The notes: generated by a model from the letters alone, not told the origin. Shown: positions 34,726 to 46,001, counted from the stretch's first letter. The stretch: 64,000 nt of DNA from an uncultured Planctomycetota bacterium (GCA_963845755.1 CAWJTV010000039.1:224001-288000), one strand, 5' to 3'. A program made the numbers and translations.

Positions 34726-35306
34726 GGACGGCGATCCTCCAGCTCGTGTTTCCAGAGCAGGCGAATGCGGTTTACCTTGCGCTCGATGGTGCGCGGCACG
34801 CAATCCAGCCGGGTCGCGATCTCCTCGTGGGTATAGCCCTCGACTTTCCAGAGTGCGATTTGGCGCAGTTCGGGCTCCTGGAGCGAGTCCAGGAGGCGCC
34901 GGCACTCGTCGGCCAGCTCGGCGGCCTCCTCGGGTGTGGGGTCGCGGGTCAGCAACTGCGTGACGTCCTCGTTACCCGGGACCTCCGCCTGCCGATGTCG
35001 ACGGATCAGATCAATGGCCCGCGAGATGGTCCGTGTGGCCAGAAGCCGCCACAGGTCGTCGCGGTCGGCCAAGTCCAGCGGCCGCGCCTGGTCACGGAGG
35101 CGCTGGTATACGCTGTGGAAAGAGCGCAGAGCCAGATCCTCATCGTAGCCGGCCAAACCCGGCAAGTTCCGGAGCCGCTTGCTGGCCAGTCGGACCAGCC
35201 GGTCGAAGTACGCCGACAGCAGGGGGCGGACCGCCGAGCTGCTGCCGTTCTGCACGGCCCGAATAAGCCGTGTGATCGACTGGCTATCTTCAGCCGAGGA
35301 TGTCAT
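34722..35306 (-). CDS. ECF-type sigma factor, translationally coupled to the kinase
   Basis: SITRLI, YFDRLVRLA, DEDLALRSFHS, DRDDLWRLL, EGYTHEEIA, RTIERK. ATGA overlap with the kinase. Confidence 0.9.
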   Translation of the reverse strand: MTSSAEDSQSITRLIRAVQNGSSSAVRPLLSAYFDRLVRLASKRLRNLPGLAGYDEDLALRSFHSVYQRLRDQARPLDLADRDDLWRLLATRTISRAIDLIRRHRQAEVPGNEDVTQLLTRDPTPEEAAELADECRRLLDSLQEPELRQIALWKVEGYTHEEIATRLDCVPRTIERKVNRIRLLWKHELEDRRP

Positions 35307-35388
35307 GGGTTTGCTCCCCCGCGTGCTTGCCGAGAGCGATTAACGGTTGGGTTGCGCCCATTGGGGCAGGGCTGTCCGCTCTACCAAC

Positions 35389-35461
35389 CCGACGCGCCAG
35401 CGCGGGGAGTGCTCCGGAGCGGCCACCGGCATTGGAGCCGTTCCCCGCGCAGGCGCGTCGG
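35389..35461. repeat. REP doublet upstream of the ECF gene
   Basis: ccgacgcgccagcgcgggga ... tccccgcgcaggcgcgtcgg, a 20-bp inverted repeat with 1 mismatch. Confidence 0.7.
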
Positions 35462-35705
35462 CACTTGGGATCGGGCGTGCGCAAACCGACTGTCACGTGA
35501 TCTAGGCTTAATCATACGGTCGGCGCAGGAAATATGCAGCGCCAAGTCGGGCCAGACGGGAAAAAACGCCTTTTCAGACACCCAGGGCGATCACAGACAT
35601 CCGTGCTTGACGACAGCCCCGACGAGGCCAGGTGCGTGGGTCTCTTGAATGCCCCAGCCGGGATCGGGAACGGAATTGGCGACGGCTGTCGAAGGGACTC
35701 TTCGC

Positions 35706-36716
35706 TTACCCCGCCTGGGGGCTCATGGTCAGGTCGGTCGTGAAGAAATACTCGTCCCGGTGCGTCCCAGTCCGGTCGCGGACGAAGACCCAGAGCACCG
35801 GCACCAAGGGCCGACCACCGCGATACCAGTGACCTCGGCCACTGACTACTTCCACACGGCGTCGTCCCCCTCCGTACCAAGCGACCTTCAGCACCGAGGG
35901 CTGACGGCAGTCGCGCACCACCTGGGCCGGCTTGGGCAGTGCCTTCCCCTTCTTGCGGGGACGATGGGCCGGCCGCTTGCCCGAGACCGGCGGCGACGGC
36001 TCGAACAGATTGGCGTTGGGGTAGAACTTGCTGACGAACGTCAGCCGCTTGGGGTTGGCCGTGGCCAATTCGGCCAGTTCGTGGGTCGCGTAATCGCCGT
36101 CGGCCGTGGCGAGCCACGTTCGCTCCGGGAACCAGCGGATCAGGATGCGGAGCATCTGTGCCAGCAAATCCGCCGGGGTCTTGTGCGCCCGCTTGGTAAC
36201 CCCGTCGGTCGCCTTGTCCTCGGGCCGATACAACGACACCATCAACGGCAAAGCCCAGGGCCGGCGGGAAAACGGCAAGTGGACCAGCAGGGCCAGGACG
36301 ACCCACTTGTGTCCCCAGCGGAAGGCGGTGAACGAGTGAGTGGAACGGACGGGATCGCGGTGACACCCTTTGCCGTAGACCCGGGGCCCGGGATGTTCGG
36401 TGACGGTATCGTCGCCGACCACGGGCACGAGGCCCTGGGGTGCGAATCGCGCCAGCACGGCGGCGATGTATCGCCTCGCCAGGGTGCGGGAGGACCAGCG
36501 GCGCTGGGAGAAGATGCGGTGATAACTACTCGAATGACCGGGGGCCGAGCCGCCGAGGCATCGGAGCAGATTGGAGAGAGTGCGTCCGCCCACCGTGAGG
36601 ATGGCGGCCAGCGCCAGCAGAACCCACCGGCGGTAGACGGTGCGGCGAAAGGCCGGTTGCAGGGGGTCGAAGAGGGCGCGGACCGGCGCGGGGAGTTGGT
36701 CGTGATTGCGGTCGAT
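35706..36716 (-). pseudogene. IS701/IS4-like DDE transposase, truncated
   Basis: SSYHRIFS, VGDDT, RWGHKWVVL, ADGDYA, FFTTD, then an abrupt stop before the usual third catalytic region. The 5' end abuts a MITE. Confidence 0.78.
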
Positions 36717-36839
36717 AGAGTCTGTCCCAGAAGGGCGAGCGGTGGGCGTCAGCCCCCTGTCCGGTGAGCGACGGACCTCCAAGACAGGGGGGCTGACGCC
36801 CCCCGTTCGCACGGACCGGCCCCTTCTGGGACAGACTCT
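36717..36839. mobile_element. 123-bp MITE/REP composite (intact copy 2)
   Basis: Perfect 19-bp TIR agagtctgtcccagaaggg/cccttctgggacagactct enclosing an inner inverted repeat (gggcgtcagccccctgt...acaggggggctgacgccc). Confidence 0.85.
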
Positions 36840-37071
36840 TACCGTCCCCACTCGCTACCGGGCTCGGCTGAGGTCGCTGATAAATTTTATCATAATATGA
36901 CGATTTTATCGACGGGATCTTTCAACGCGCCGAGTTCAGGTGAGCTGGGTAGCGTGTCAGGCGCATGTAGCGCTGAGCGCGTCGGTCGGATCGACCGACA
37001 GGCCCGACGAGTATTCCCGTGGCCGGACGCCTTTCTACACACTTGTTGCCATCGATTGGTGAACGACTACG

Positions 37072-38050
37072 TTACCGCGTGTATCGCCCGACGAACGCCA
37101 CGGCCTGTCGCAAGAGTTCCTCGACCTTGGCTCGATCGATGTTGCCCAGTCCGTGGCCGCCGTCGGGGACGGAGATGAACTGATGCGGCACGCCGTGCCG
37201 CGTGAGTTCCCGGTCCATGAGGACGGATTGCTCGTGGGGGACGTCCGTGTCCTTGGTCCCGTGGATCAGCAGCGTGGGCGGATGCTCGGGCGACACCCTC
37301 CGCACCGGGCAGAACCGGTCGAAGGCCCGCGGCTCGGTGATCGGGTCCAGGCCGACGACCTCGCGGGGCCAGAGGCCGTTCTGCCGGCAATAGAGGTAGT
37401 ACCGCGCCCGCCGGTTCCCGGGTAGGGGCTCCGCGATGGCGGCCTGACCGACCGTCGCCAGGGCCTCGGATTCGGCGACCAGCGGCTGGCGACGGTAGAA
37501 GGCGTCGGGACGGCTGTACCAGTCGCCGACGATGTCGCCGTATCCCCAGAACGAGACCAGCGCCACCGGACGCGGCTCGATGAGGAATCCGGTGCAGAGG
37601 GTCAGGTAGCCGCCGGCCGAGCCGCCCAGCACGGCGATGCGTTCCGTCCGTCGCGCCGAAGGCTTTTGGCCCTTCCGACCGGATCCAGCCGAAGGCGTCG
37701 CGGACATCGTCGAGGATCCCCGAGAGCTTCGTCTCCGGCGCCAAGCGATAATCGATCGAGACCAGCGCGTGGCCCGCATTGACCAGCTCGTCTCTCAGGG
37801 TCCGATCGATCCCGCGACGATCGCCCATGATCAGCGCCCCGCCGTGGATCCAGACGGCGACCGGCAGACGTTCGCGCGAGTCGCGCCGGATCACATCGGC
37901 CTTGAGGGCGCAATCACCGACCGTCTTGTAGGTGAACGTCTCCCGCCGGATCGCCGCCGCCGTCGACGACCTCAACGTGGATCCGGCCGCCGCCATCCCC
38001 GTTGTGACCGCCCCGCGCAGGAACCCGCGCCTTCCCAGATTCGCTGCCAT
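37072..38050 (-). CDS. Tat-signal alpha/beta hydrolase (esterase/lipase; frameshift near 37651)
   Basis: GRRGFLRG, WIHGGAL, IDYRLAPE, GGSAGG, IHGTKDTDV, GGHG. Confidence 0.87.
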
Positions 38051-38234
38051 GGCCAACTCTCCTGATTTGGGTGGAATATCGGACGCGCTCCAGTCTCACG
38101 TCAACCGTAGCACTGACGGACAATACCTGTGAAGATGGTTCGTCGCTCAGCGGACCAGGAGGGGCGGAAGGCGGATTCCTCCGCTGAGCTTGCGAACTCG
38201 ACCAAGCAGCGGCGCGGGCGAAGTCCCTCGGGAA

Positions 38235-38315
38235 GAGGCCGAAGTCGAGGATCTTGGCGAAGCCGGGGAGGTTGACTCGGCGGACGGCGCAGAGGTTCGC
38301 GGGGGGCAGGTCGCG
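38235..38315 (-). pseudogene. Ser/Thr kinase remnant (subdomains VIb-VII)
   Basis: RDLPPANL...GFAKILDFGL with no other kinase motifs nearby. Confidence 0.5.
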
Positions 38316-38408
38316 GCCCGGCGGGTTGACATGCGAGGATCGCGGCGCGATCTTGTGTAGAGGTTTCACCAACGTTCACCACCCACCACGGAGCCGGGGA
38401 GCAAGCTC

Positions 38409-39864
38409 ATGAATCGGCGCGAATTCCTCCAAGTCGGGGCGGCTTCGAGCGGGTTGGTCCTTTCGGGTTCGGGCGAGCCAGCCCCGGCCGCGGCATTCAC
38501 CGCACCCGGGACGAAGCGAGTCGGGCTGATCGGCTCGGGCTGGTATGGCAAGATCGATCTGCTCCGACTCCTCCAGGTGGCCCCTGTCGAGGTTGTTTCC
38601 CTGTGCGACGTTGACACGAAGATGCTCGCCGAGGCCTCCGAAATCGTCGCGACGCGCCAGGCCTCGAAAAAGAAGCCTCGGACTCATACCGACTACCGCG
38701 AGATGCTCAAGGAGAAGGACCTTGATATCGTCCTGATCGCCACGCCCGACCACTGGCACGCCCTGGCGATGATCGCCGCCGTGGAGGCCGGGGCCGATGT
38801 CTACGTCGAGAAGCCGATCAGCGTGGATGTGGCCGAGGCCCAGGCCATGCTGGCCGCGGCGCGCAAGCATCGGCGGATCGTTCAGGTGGGAACCCAGCGC
38901 CGTAGCACGCCCCACCTGATCGAGGCCCGCGATCGGATCGTCCGAGAAGGCAAGCTCGGGAAGATCGGCCTGGTCGAAATCTATTGCTATTATCACATGC
39001 GTGCTCGAGGCAACCCGCCCGACACCCGTCCGCCCGATTATCTCGATTGGGAGATGTGGACCGGGCCGGCCCCCATGCGGCCGTATAATCCGATCGCCCA
39101 CCCCCGCGGCTGGCTGCGCCTTCATGGAGTACGGCAACGGGATCGTGGGGGACATGTGCATCCACATGTTCGACATGGTTCGCTGGATGCTCGGCCTGGG
39201 GTGGCCTAAGCGGATCAGCTCGACGGGTGGCATCCGGGCGGACAAAGCCAGCAAGGCGAATATCCCCGACACGCAGAGTGTCACGTTCGACTTCGGCGAC
39301 CTGACAGTCAACTGGCAACATCGCACGTGGGGCGCCCCGGCGGATCCGACGTACCCTTGGGGAGCGACGTTCTACGGCGACAAAGGGACGCTCAAGGAGA
39401 GCGTCTTTGGGTATGACTTCATCCCGATGGGTGGGGGCACCCCCATCCACAGGGATGTCACGTACGAGTTGGAGCAGTACCCCGAGGACAAGACCGAGAA
39501 GGACCTGGAGAAACACATCGCGCCGGCGACCCGCGGGCACATGAAGGACTTCCTCGCGGCGATCGCCTCGCGGGGGACTCCGGTGGCCGACATCGCGGAA
39601 GGCTACATCTCCACGACGAGTTGCCTCCTGGCCAACTTGTCGTTGCAGCTCGGCAGGACATTGACCTGGGACCCGCAGGCCGGCAGAGTCCTCGGCGATG
39701 AGGAGGCGAACCGTCGGCTGACCCGCCCTTATCGCTCTCCCTGGACCCATCCCGCCGCGGCAAACGCGGGAGGAGACCGACACCCGAGCGAACGCGGGAG
39801 TCTACGTTTATCAGTCACCCCGGGTGCGGCACCGATGATCGTTGACGGGTCGCATCCGCGCTGA
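38409..39864 (+). CDS. Gfo/Idh/MocA oxidoreductase with Tat signal (frameshift at about 39115)
   Basis: MNRREFL, VGLIGSGWYG, IATPDHWH, YVEKP, QVGTQRRS, GDMCIHMFD. Confidence 0.9.
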
Positions 39865-40145
39865 GCCGCGGATTGGAGGCAAGACGTCGTCCGTTCTCGC
39901 TCGGGTTGCTCCCGACAGCGATCAAGATCGCGTACCCGTTCACAGCCCGAGGGTGGCAGTCCTTCACGATTGAGGTTCGGCAGCATGAAAGCCGGCCCAA
40001 CCGCCTTTGGGCCAGAAGCAACGCCGGAGGGCACGTCGGTGTCGTCGGACGGACTCGCAGCCAACCGGCTGCACGGACCGCCACGGATTGGCGTCAGGGA
40101 GCATTCCGCTGACAGGCGAGACATGCGGGACCGAAGGGGACTCCA

Positions 40146-40511
40146 ATGGCAGCTCAGGCTGACGTTCGCCACATTGCCCTCTCGTTGCCCGAGACCGAAG
40201 AGGCAAAGGACCACTTCGCCTTCTCCGTTCGCAACAAGGGAAAACTGAAGCAATTCGTGTGGGTGTGGATGGAGCGCATCGAGCCGAAGAAGCCCCGCGT
40301 GCCGCAATCGGACGTTATTGCAGTCCGGGTCGCGAGCCTCGCGGAGAAGGACCGCATACTCGCCTCGAACCCGAGAAAGTTCTTCACGGAACCGCACTAT
40401 AACGGGTTTCCTGCGGTTCTTGTTAACCTGCCCGCCGTAACCGTCCGCGAGCTCGAGCCACTCATCACGGAGGCCTGGCGCTGCCAGGCCCCGAAGGATC
40501 TCAACGCATGA
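40146..40511 (+). CDS. MmcQ/YjbR-family protein
   Basis: DVRHIALSLPE, FFTEPHYNGFPAVLVNL, LITEAWRCQAP. Confidence 0.82.
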   Translation: MAAQADVRHIALSLPETEEAKDHFAFSVRNKGKLKQFVWVWMERIEPKKPRVPQSDVIAVRVASLAEKDRILASNPRKFFTEPHYNGFPAVLVNLPAVTVRELEPLITEAWRCQAPKDLNA

Positions 40512-40617
40512 TCGTCAACAAATCCGTACGATTCGGTGTAGAAGGCAGAAAGTTGATACTTCAAGTTAGAGCGCAGTACCATGCACGAAAGGCCGCGATC
40601 GGCGGTTTCGCCGATCG

Positions 40618-41687
40618 ATGATCGCGATCGTACCGGATCGACCAACGCGGCCCCAATTTGGCGTTCATCCAAGGACGCGAACGGTGGAAGAGCAACCGAG
40701 AGTCGCCGGGGGAAGCGATCGGTTAGTCGATCGGCGTTTCCTGCTGAAGGGCGCACTGGCAGCGTGGGCGGGTGTATCTTGCCGGGCGCGGAGCCGGATT
40801 CGTCCCAGTCCCAGGAGGACCAGGAACGGAGGGCTGTCGAGGCCATCGCCGCGAAGGCGAGGCTGCGGGCGTTCGCCACGACCCGAAGCGCGCACTATCT
40901 GGGTATCGGCGATACGTCCGATGCCTTTCGGTCGCAGACGTTGCGCGACTGCGAGGCGGTGGCTGCGGATTATCTGGATCATTTCCAGTCCCGCGGATTC
41001 ACGGTCGCGATGCCGGTGACACGTTTGACGGTGGTCATTCTCACCGATGACCGCTCGCGCGGTGCGTTCAATGTCGGCATCGGAGTGCGAGGGATCCCGA
41101 TCGAGACGACGCAGCTTCTGATCCCCGCCGGCCATTACGAGCCTCAGACGAATCGGATCATTCTCGGCTTGCACGCGAGGGGCAACAGACTCGTCGAGCA
41201 TTTGGACCTGCGGCGTGTCGCCCACGAAGCAACCCATCAACTGACCTTCAACACGGGACTGCTTGACCGCCGCGGTGATGTGCCGCGATCCATCGCCGAA
41301 GGTCTCGCCGAGTACGGTGCGGTCCGCAAGACCGGCCGACAGATCGCGCCGGGGTTCCTCCACGAGGACCTGATGACCTTGCTTAGGGCGCGGCGGTCGG
41401 GTACTCCGTGGTACCCGGTCGCCCAGCTCCTGGCCGATGATCGACCCTTCCTGCTCGATTCCTTCAAGCGGCTTCAGTCGCTCGCCTACGCGCAGGCCTG
41501 GCTGCTGATCCACTGCCTGATGAACGATCGATCGCGGTGCGAGGGTTTTCGGGCCTATCTGGAGGCGATCCGGCCACGCACGGATCCGGAGCATCGACTC
41601 GACGATGCCGAGAAACATCTGGGAGATCTGGACCGTCTGGACAAAGACCTCCTGGCTTACTTTGTGGGACTGAACATGAGCGCGTGA
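40618..41687 (+). CDS. DUF1570-like HExxH protein with Tat-like signal (frameshift near 40785)
   Basis: DRRFLLKG in the 40618 frame, then VAHEATHQLTFNTGLL, EGLAEY and AYAQAWLLIH in the 40581 frame. Confidence 0.75.
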
Positions 41688-42032
41688 CGGAGGCCACCAT
41701 GCAGGATCCGTCCTGCCGGCTCGCTCCGTCGATCATGGTTCAAATTGATCGGTAGCGTCGTCTTCCGTAGGCTCCCTGCGCCATGCGCGCCTCTGGGGAT
41801 TCCGAATTCCGGATTCGAGATTCCGGATTCGAGATTCCCGGATCCTTCCCCTTAGGGAATCCGGAATCTCGAATCGGGAATCCCGATTGAGTTGCGGCCG
41901 AAGGCCGCGTTAGCGTCGTCCTCCGTAGGATCCCTACGCCGTGCGAGCATCTGGGGGATCCGTGATTCCGGATTCCGGATTCGAGATTCCGGATTCGAGA
42001 TTCCGGATTCGAGATTCCGGATTCGAGATTCC

Positions 42033-43263
42033 GGTGGTGTCCTATGGAATTTGAACGCAGTAAGTTCTTCGTGTATCATGGGTTCCTCGACATGACCCCA
42101 TTTGCTCTGGTCCCAGGATCATGGAGGCACTGCCATGGAGGATCTTTCCGGCTTCTGCTGCCAGCGTGCGGATTGCCCCGATTACGGCCTGCGTGGGCTC
42201 GGCAACCTGTCGGTCTGCGGCACCTACGGCCAGGGCCAGCCCATCCGCCAGCTCTACTGTCGCACTTGCAAGGCCCGTTTCTCCGAGCGCAAGGGTACGC
42301 CGCTGTACCGCTCCAGCTTGCCCCGGGAGACGACCATCTCGCTGATCGAACATCTCGCCGATCGCACCGGGGTGCGGGCCACCGCTCGACTCCTCGGTGT
42401 GCACCGCGACACGGTGGTACGTTACCGCCGAGTCCTGGGCGAGCACGCCCGGCAACTCCACGACGAGCTCGTGGCTTTTTCCCCCTCGGACGGAAGAGGT
42501 CCAGTTCGACGAGAAGTGGTCGTTCGTGTTCAAGAAGCAGGAGCACTGCGACCCGGGCAATCCGGCTGATGACCAGCATGGGGATTGGTGGGACCACACC
42601 GCCTACGATCCCGAGCACAAGCTGGTCCTTTGCGTCGTCCCCGGGGCGCGTGGGGCCGAGGAGGTCGAGGCCGTGGTCGCCGCGGCCAAGCAGCGGACAG
42701 GAGACCACCCCGTGAGGCTGATGACCAGCGACGACTACCCGGCGTACAAGGAGGCGATCCTGCGCATCTACGGGAGCGAGGTCACCGCGACGCCGACGGG
42801 CCGCGACAGCAAGCGGATGGTGCCTGAGAAGGTACCGCCGCCGGAGCTGACCTACGCCACGGTCGAGAAGCGGCGGCGGCGGGGTCGGGTGGTGGAGATC
42901 CTGGTCCATCTGATCTTCGGCACGCTGGCGGCGCTGGCCAAGGCGTTGCGGCTCTCGAAGGTGAGCCGACAGGTCAACGTCTCGTTCCTGGAGCGGTACA
43001 ACGCGACCGACCGGCACAAGAACGCCCGGAAGGTGCGGAAGACGTACACGTTCTCGAAGGATTGGCGGGTGCACGAGTCGATGACCTATTTTACGATGTA
43101 CAGCGATAACTTCTGCTGGCCTGTGAGGACGTTGGAATATCGGGACGACGATGGCCGGGTGCGAAAGAGGTCACCGGCGATGGCTGCCGGCCTGGCCGAC
43201 CACGTCTGGACGATGCGTGAGTGGATCACAATGCCATCTGTTCAAATTGCGTAGGACACCACC
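42033..43263 (+). mobile_element. IS1-family-like insertion sequence, 1231 bp
   Basis: 24-bp TIR ggtggtgtcctaYgSaatttgaac. 8-bp TSD gagattcc at 42025-42032 and 43264-43271. Confidence 0.88.
42135..43254 (+). CDS. IS1-like transposase (zinc finger/HTH orfA plus DDE orfB, joined at T5C5)
   Basis: CCQRADC...CRTC and HTH in orfA. QFDEKW, MTSDD, FLERYN, SPAMAAGLADHVW in orfB. TTTTTCCCCC at 42476-42485. Confidence 0.85.
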
Positions 43264-43431
43264 GAGATTCCGGATTCGAGATTCCGGATTCGAGATTCCG
43301 GATTCGAGATTCCGGATTCCGGATTTCAGACTCCAGATTCCTGAATCCTTCTTCATCCGGAATCCGGAATCTCGAATCCGGAATCCCTCTCTTAGGTGCG
43401 GCCGAAGGCCGCGTTAGGATAGGGTGTCGAG

Positions 43432-44256
43432 ATGCGAATCCTTGCCCTCGTGCTGACCGTGGTGTTGCTCGTCGCGGCGCCGTACGCGAAAGCCCAGGAC
43501 TCCAGGATCGGGGCGGGCAAGAAAGTGGTGTTCAAGGACCCGACCCATTGCCCCATCGCTGCCAGAAAAGAGCAGGGAACCGAGTCCGTCCCGGTGTTTA
43601 CTGTCAAGCGGGCCAATCGCGACATGCGGTTCCTCGTCGCCGGTCAGGCTGGCTTCTGGGTGCCGTCGCACGAAGTGCTCCTTCCCGAAGAACTGAGCGA
43701 CTACCTCGCGAAGCAAAGGCAGCTCAATTCCCCGCAGCAGAGACGTCCCAATCCCCGCGACGAAACGGCATACTTCGTACGGGCATTATTCCGCCTGGAG
43801 CAGAAGGACTACAATCACGCCATCGCCGACTTCGACGAAGTGCTCAAGCTCAACCCGAAGAACGTCCGGGCGTACTACAGTCGAGGCCAATGCTGGCAGC
43901 GCAAGCGAGAATTCGCCAAGGCGATCGCTGACTTCAACCATGCCGTTCAACTCAATCCCCGGTACTGGGGAGCCTACAACCACCGGGCGTGGATCTGGGC
44001 GACCTGCACCGATGCCACGGTCCGGGACGCATCAAAGGCCATCGAGTCGGCTCGCAGCGCCTGCGAGTTGACCTCGGAGTCAGGAAAGGCCAGTTGTCTG
44101 GCCACCTTGGCGGCGGCTTACGCTGAGGCAGGCAATTTCGCCCAGGCAGTGAAGGCCCAGACCGAGGCAAACGCCCGCTTCAAGACTGATGAGGTGCGCA
44201 AGAGAGGGCAGGCGCGGCTCAGCCTTTACCAGGCGAAAAAGCCTTATCGTGAGTGA
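43432..44256 (+). CDS. Secreted TPR protein
   Basis: Signal peptide, AIADFDEVLKLNP and AYYSRG repeats, AYNHRAWIWATC, TLAAAYAEAG. Confidence 0.85.
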   Translation: MRILALVLTVVLLVAAPYAKAQDSRIGAGKKVVFKDPTHCPIAARKEQGTESVPVFTVKRANRDMRFLVAGQAGFWVPSHEVLLPEELSDYLAKQRQLNSPQQRRPNPRDETAYFVRALFRLEQKDYNHAIADFDEVLKLNPKNVRAYYSRGQCWQRKREFAKAIADFNHAVQLNPRYWGAYNHRAWIWATCTDATVRDASKAIESARSACELTSESGKASCLATLAAAYAEAGNFAQAVKAQTEANARFKTDEVRKRGQARLSLYQAKKPYRE

Positions 44257-44411
44257 GCTCGCGGAACCGAAGTCTCGCGTGGCCGCGAGCGTACCGCGAA
44301 TAAAGTCGGTGTCAAGAAAGTGAGTCGCTGAAGAGGACCGATCGCCTCGCCCGGCGCCAGTTGGGGGAGGGAAGCTTCCTCCGACAGCGGAACGGTGCGG
44401 GTCCCCTGGTG

Positions 44412-45434
44412 TCAGTCCGTGTCGCGGGCGGCGAAGAGGGCATACCGGCCGTCGGGCGAGATGGCGAGGTCGACGATCGTCCGGCGGGGGGGCTGCTGGC
44501 CCACCGGCTTGGGGCGGGCGCCCTCGCCGGGCTGGATCGAATAAAGCGACGCGCCCGTCGCATCGGCGCCCGAGAAAAGGCAGCGGCGAACGGCGGTCGA
44601 GTAGACCGGGCAGGTCGGCTTGGGGTCGCGATCGTTCGCCCGTTTCCAGAGCACCTGCTTCACGCGGCCCCGGGACGGCGTGCGGATGTCGATCAGGGCG
44701 ATCTGATCGCCAGCGGTGGCCCCGATGATGGCCACGATCGTGCCGTCGTCGGCCCAACTCGGAATCGAGTAGATCTGATTGTCGGGGAGGTTGACGATGC
44801 CGCTCTTCTCTGGGTCGGCGTCCATGATCGTTAATTGCCGCGGCTCGCCGAAGGTGATGATCATCATGTGGCGCCCATCGGGGGACCACTTGGGGATGCC
44901 GTAGTCGCCGAGGTGTCGGCGCCCGGAGCCGTCGGCGTTCATCAGCCAGATGCCGGTCGGGACGCCCTCGGCATTCGACAGGAACGCGATGCGGTCGTCG
45001 GCCAGCGAGAAGGTCGGGCAATTGCCGGTGCCGAGGTCCGTCAGGCTCAACCGGCCCTCGACCAGCTCGATCGACTTCAGCCGCGACACGACCCACTGGT
45101 TCCCTGGCGTGGCGTCGTAGAGGATGCGACGGCCGTCGTGCGACCAGGCCGGCGTGCCGCAATAGGTCAGGCCAGGGGCGGGCTGGTCCGCGATGAGCGT
45201 CACTTCCCCGCTGTTCAGGTCCATCAGATGGAGCCCGAATCGGAGGGGGGCCGGCTTGGGCGGGACGGGATGCCGCTTGAGTTGCTCAACGAGCCGGCCG
45301 ACCGACTCGGCGGGGCCTGCCGGCCTCGTCGACGACGGCTTCTCCGCCCCTCGCTCCTGGGCGCTGGCCGGCCCCCACGCGATTGTCGCGATCGACAACA
45401 CGGAGACGGCTCCGATCATGGCCTTGACGCTCAT
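44412..45434 (-). CDS. Secreted TolB-like (PD40) beta-propeller protein
   Basis: Signal peptide, PAWSHDGRRI, WLMNADGS, PKWSPDG, ISPDGRY. Confidence 0.8.
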   Translation of the reverse strand: MSVKAMIGAVSVLSIATIAWGPASAQERGAEKPSSTRPAGPAESVGRLVEQLKRHPVPPKPAPLRFGLHLMDLNSGEVTLIADQPAPGLTYCGTPAWSHDGRRILYDATPGNQWVVSRLKSIELVEGRLSLTDLGTGNCPTFSLADDRIAFLSNAEGVPTGIWLMNADGSGRRHLGDYGIPKWSPDGRHMMIITFGEPRQLTIMDADPEKSGIVNLPDNQIYSIPSWADDGTIVAIIGATAGDQIALIDIRTPSRGRVKQVLWKRANDRDPKPTCPVYSTAVRRCLFSGADATGASLYSIQPGEGARPKPVGQQPPRRTIVDLAISPDGRYALFAARDTD

Positions 45435-46001
45435 TGGGCTCCCATCCTTCGGTAAGGACTGTCCCGCGCCGACTCGAGTTGACGGACATGAGGATCTCTT
45501 TCAGACTAACTTAGGGAGGCTTCGTCGAGCCAGCAACCTAGCGGAGAATTCCCAGCCGCCGCCGACCTGGAGGCCGCGTCGCGGACCTTAACCCCGCGCT
45601 CATGGGGGGCACGCCGTCGCTGGGTATTAGCCTGCTTCGGTCGGATCGACCATAGCCATTCTCCCCAGTTGACCTGGGTCTCTTTCCATCGCCATTTTGG
45701 GGCCTTCAAGACTCAAATACCTGTGCTATTGCGATTAACGACTGCCTCCGGTCGCCAAACGTGTCAAGGACGGTTCAAAGGATGTCCTTGGGCTGCCACG
45801 GGTGCCCACGTCCTGCTCGGAGGCATGAACGACGGCCTGAGCACCACCCCGGTAAAAACCCTGGGTGCCGTCGGCAGTCTGGGGTCGGTCGGCAGTAAGG
45901 GCTCCCGACATCTCGTGCATTTCGTGTTCAATATCTCTATCTGCCCGGGTGTCGGAAGGCAGTCGGGGCTCTGCTGATGGTCAACGTGCGGGGAAAGTCT
46001 G

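Larger units (their letters stand above)
41753..43417. repeat. Two head-to-tail copies of a TAG-bounded element containing inverted heptamer arrays (gattccg/gattcga)
   Basis: The head tagcgtcgtcYtccgtagg... recurs at 41753 and 41911. The tail tgcggccgaaggccgcgttag ends at 41913 and 43417. Confidence 0.8.

Noticed and set aside
41795..43390. CRISPR array or coding repeat ORFs (RFRIRDSGFEIPDS)
   Set aside because: Pure heptamer tandem repeats without spacers. The ORFs are translations of the repeat.
40500..43420. Integron attC sites (GTTAG at about 40565, 41909 and 43413)
   Set aside because: No matching RYYYAAC inverse cores, no integron integrase, and cargo genes lie in mixed orientation.
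45440..46000. Short ORFs in intergenic gaps (also 25350-26080, 29140-29530, 39870-40140, 49200-49650)
   Set aside because: No recognisable domains, RBS or consistent coding signal. They may be decayed remnants but cannot be supported.
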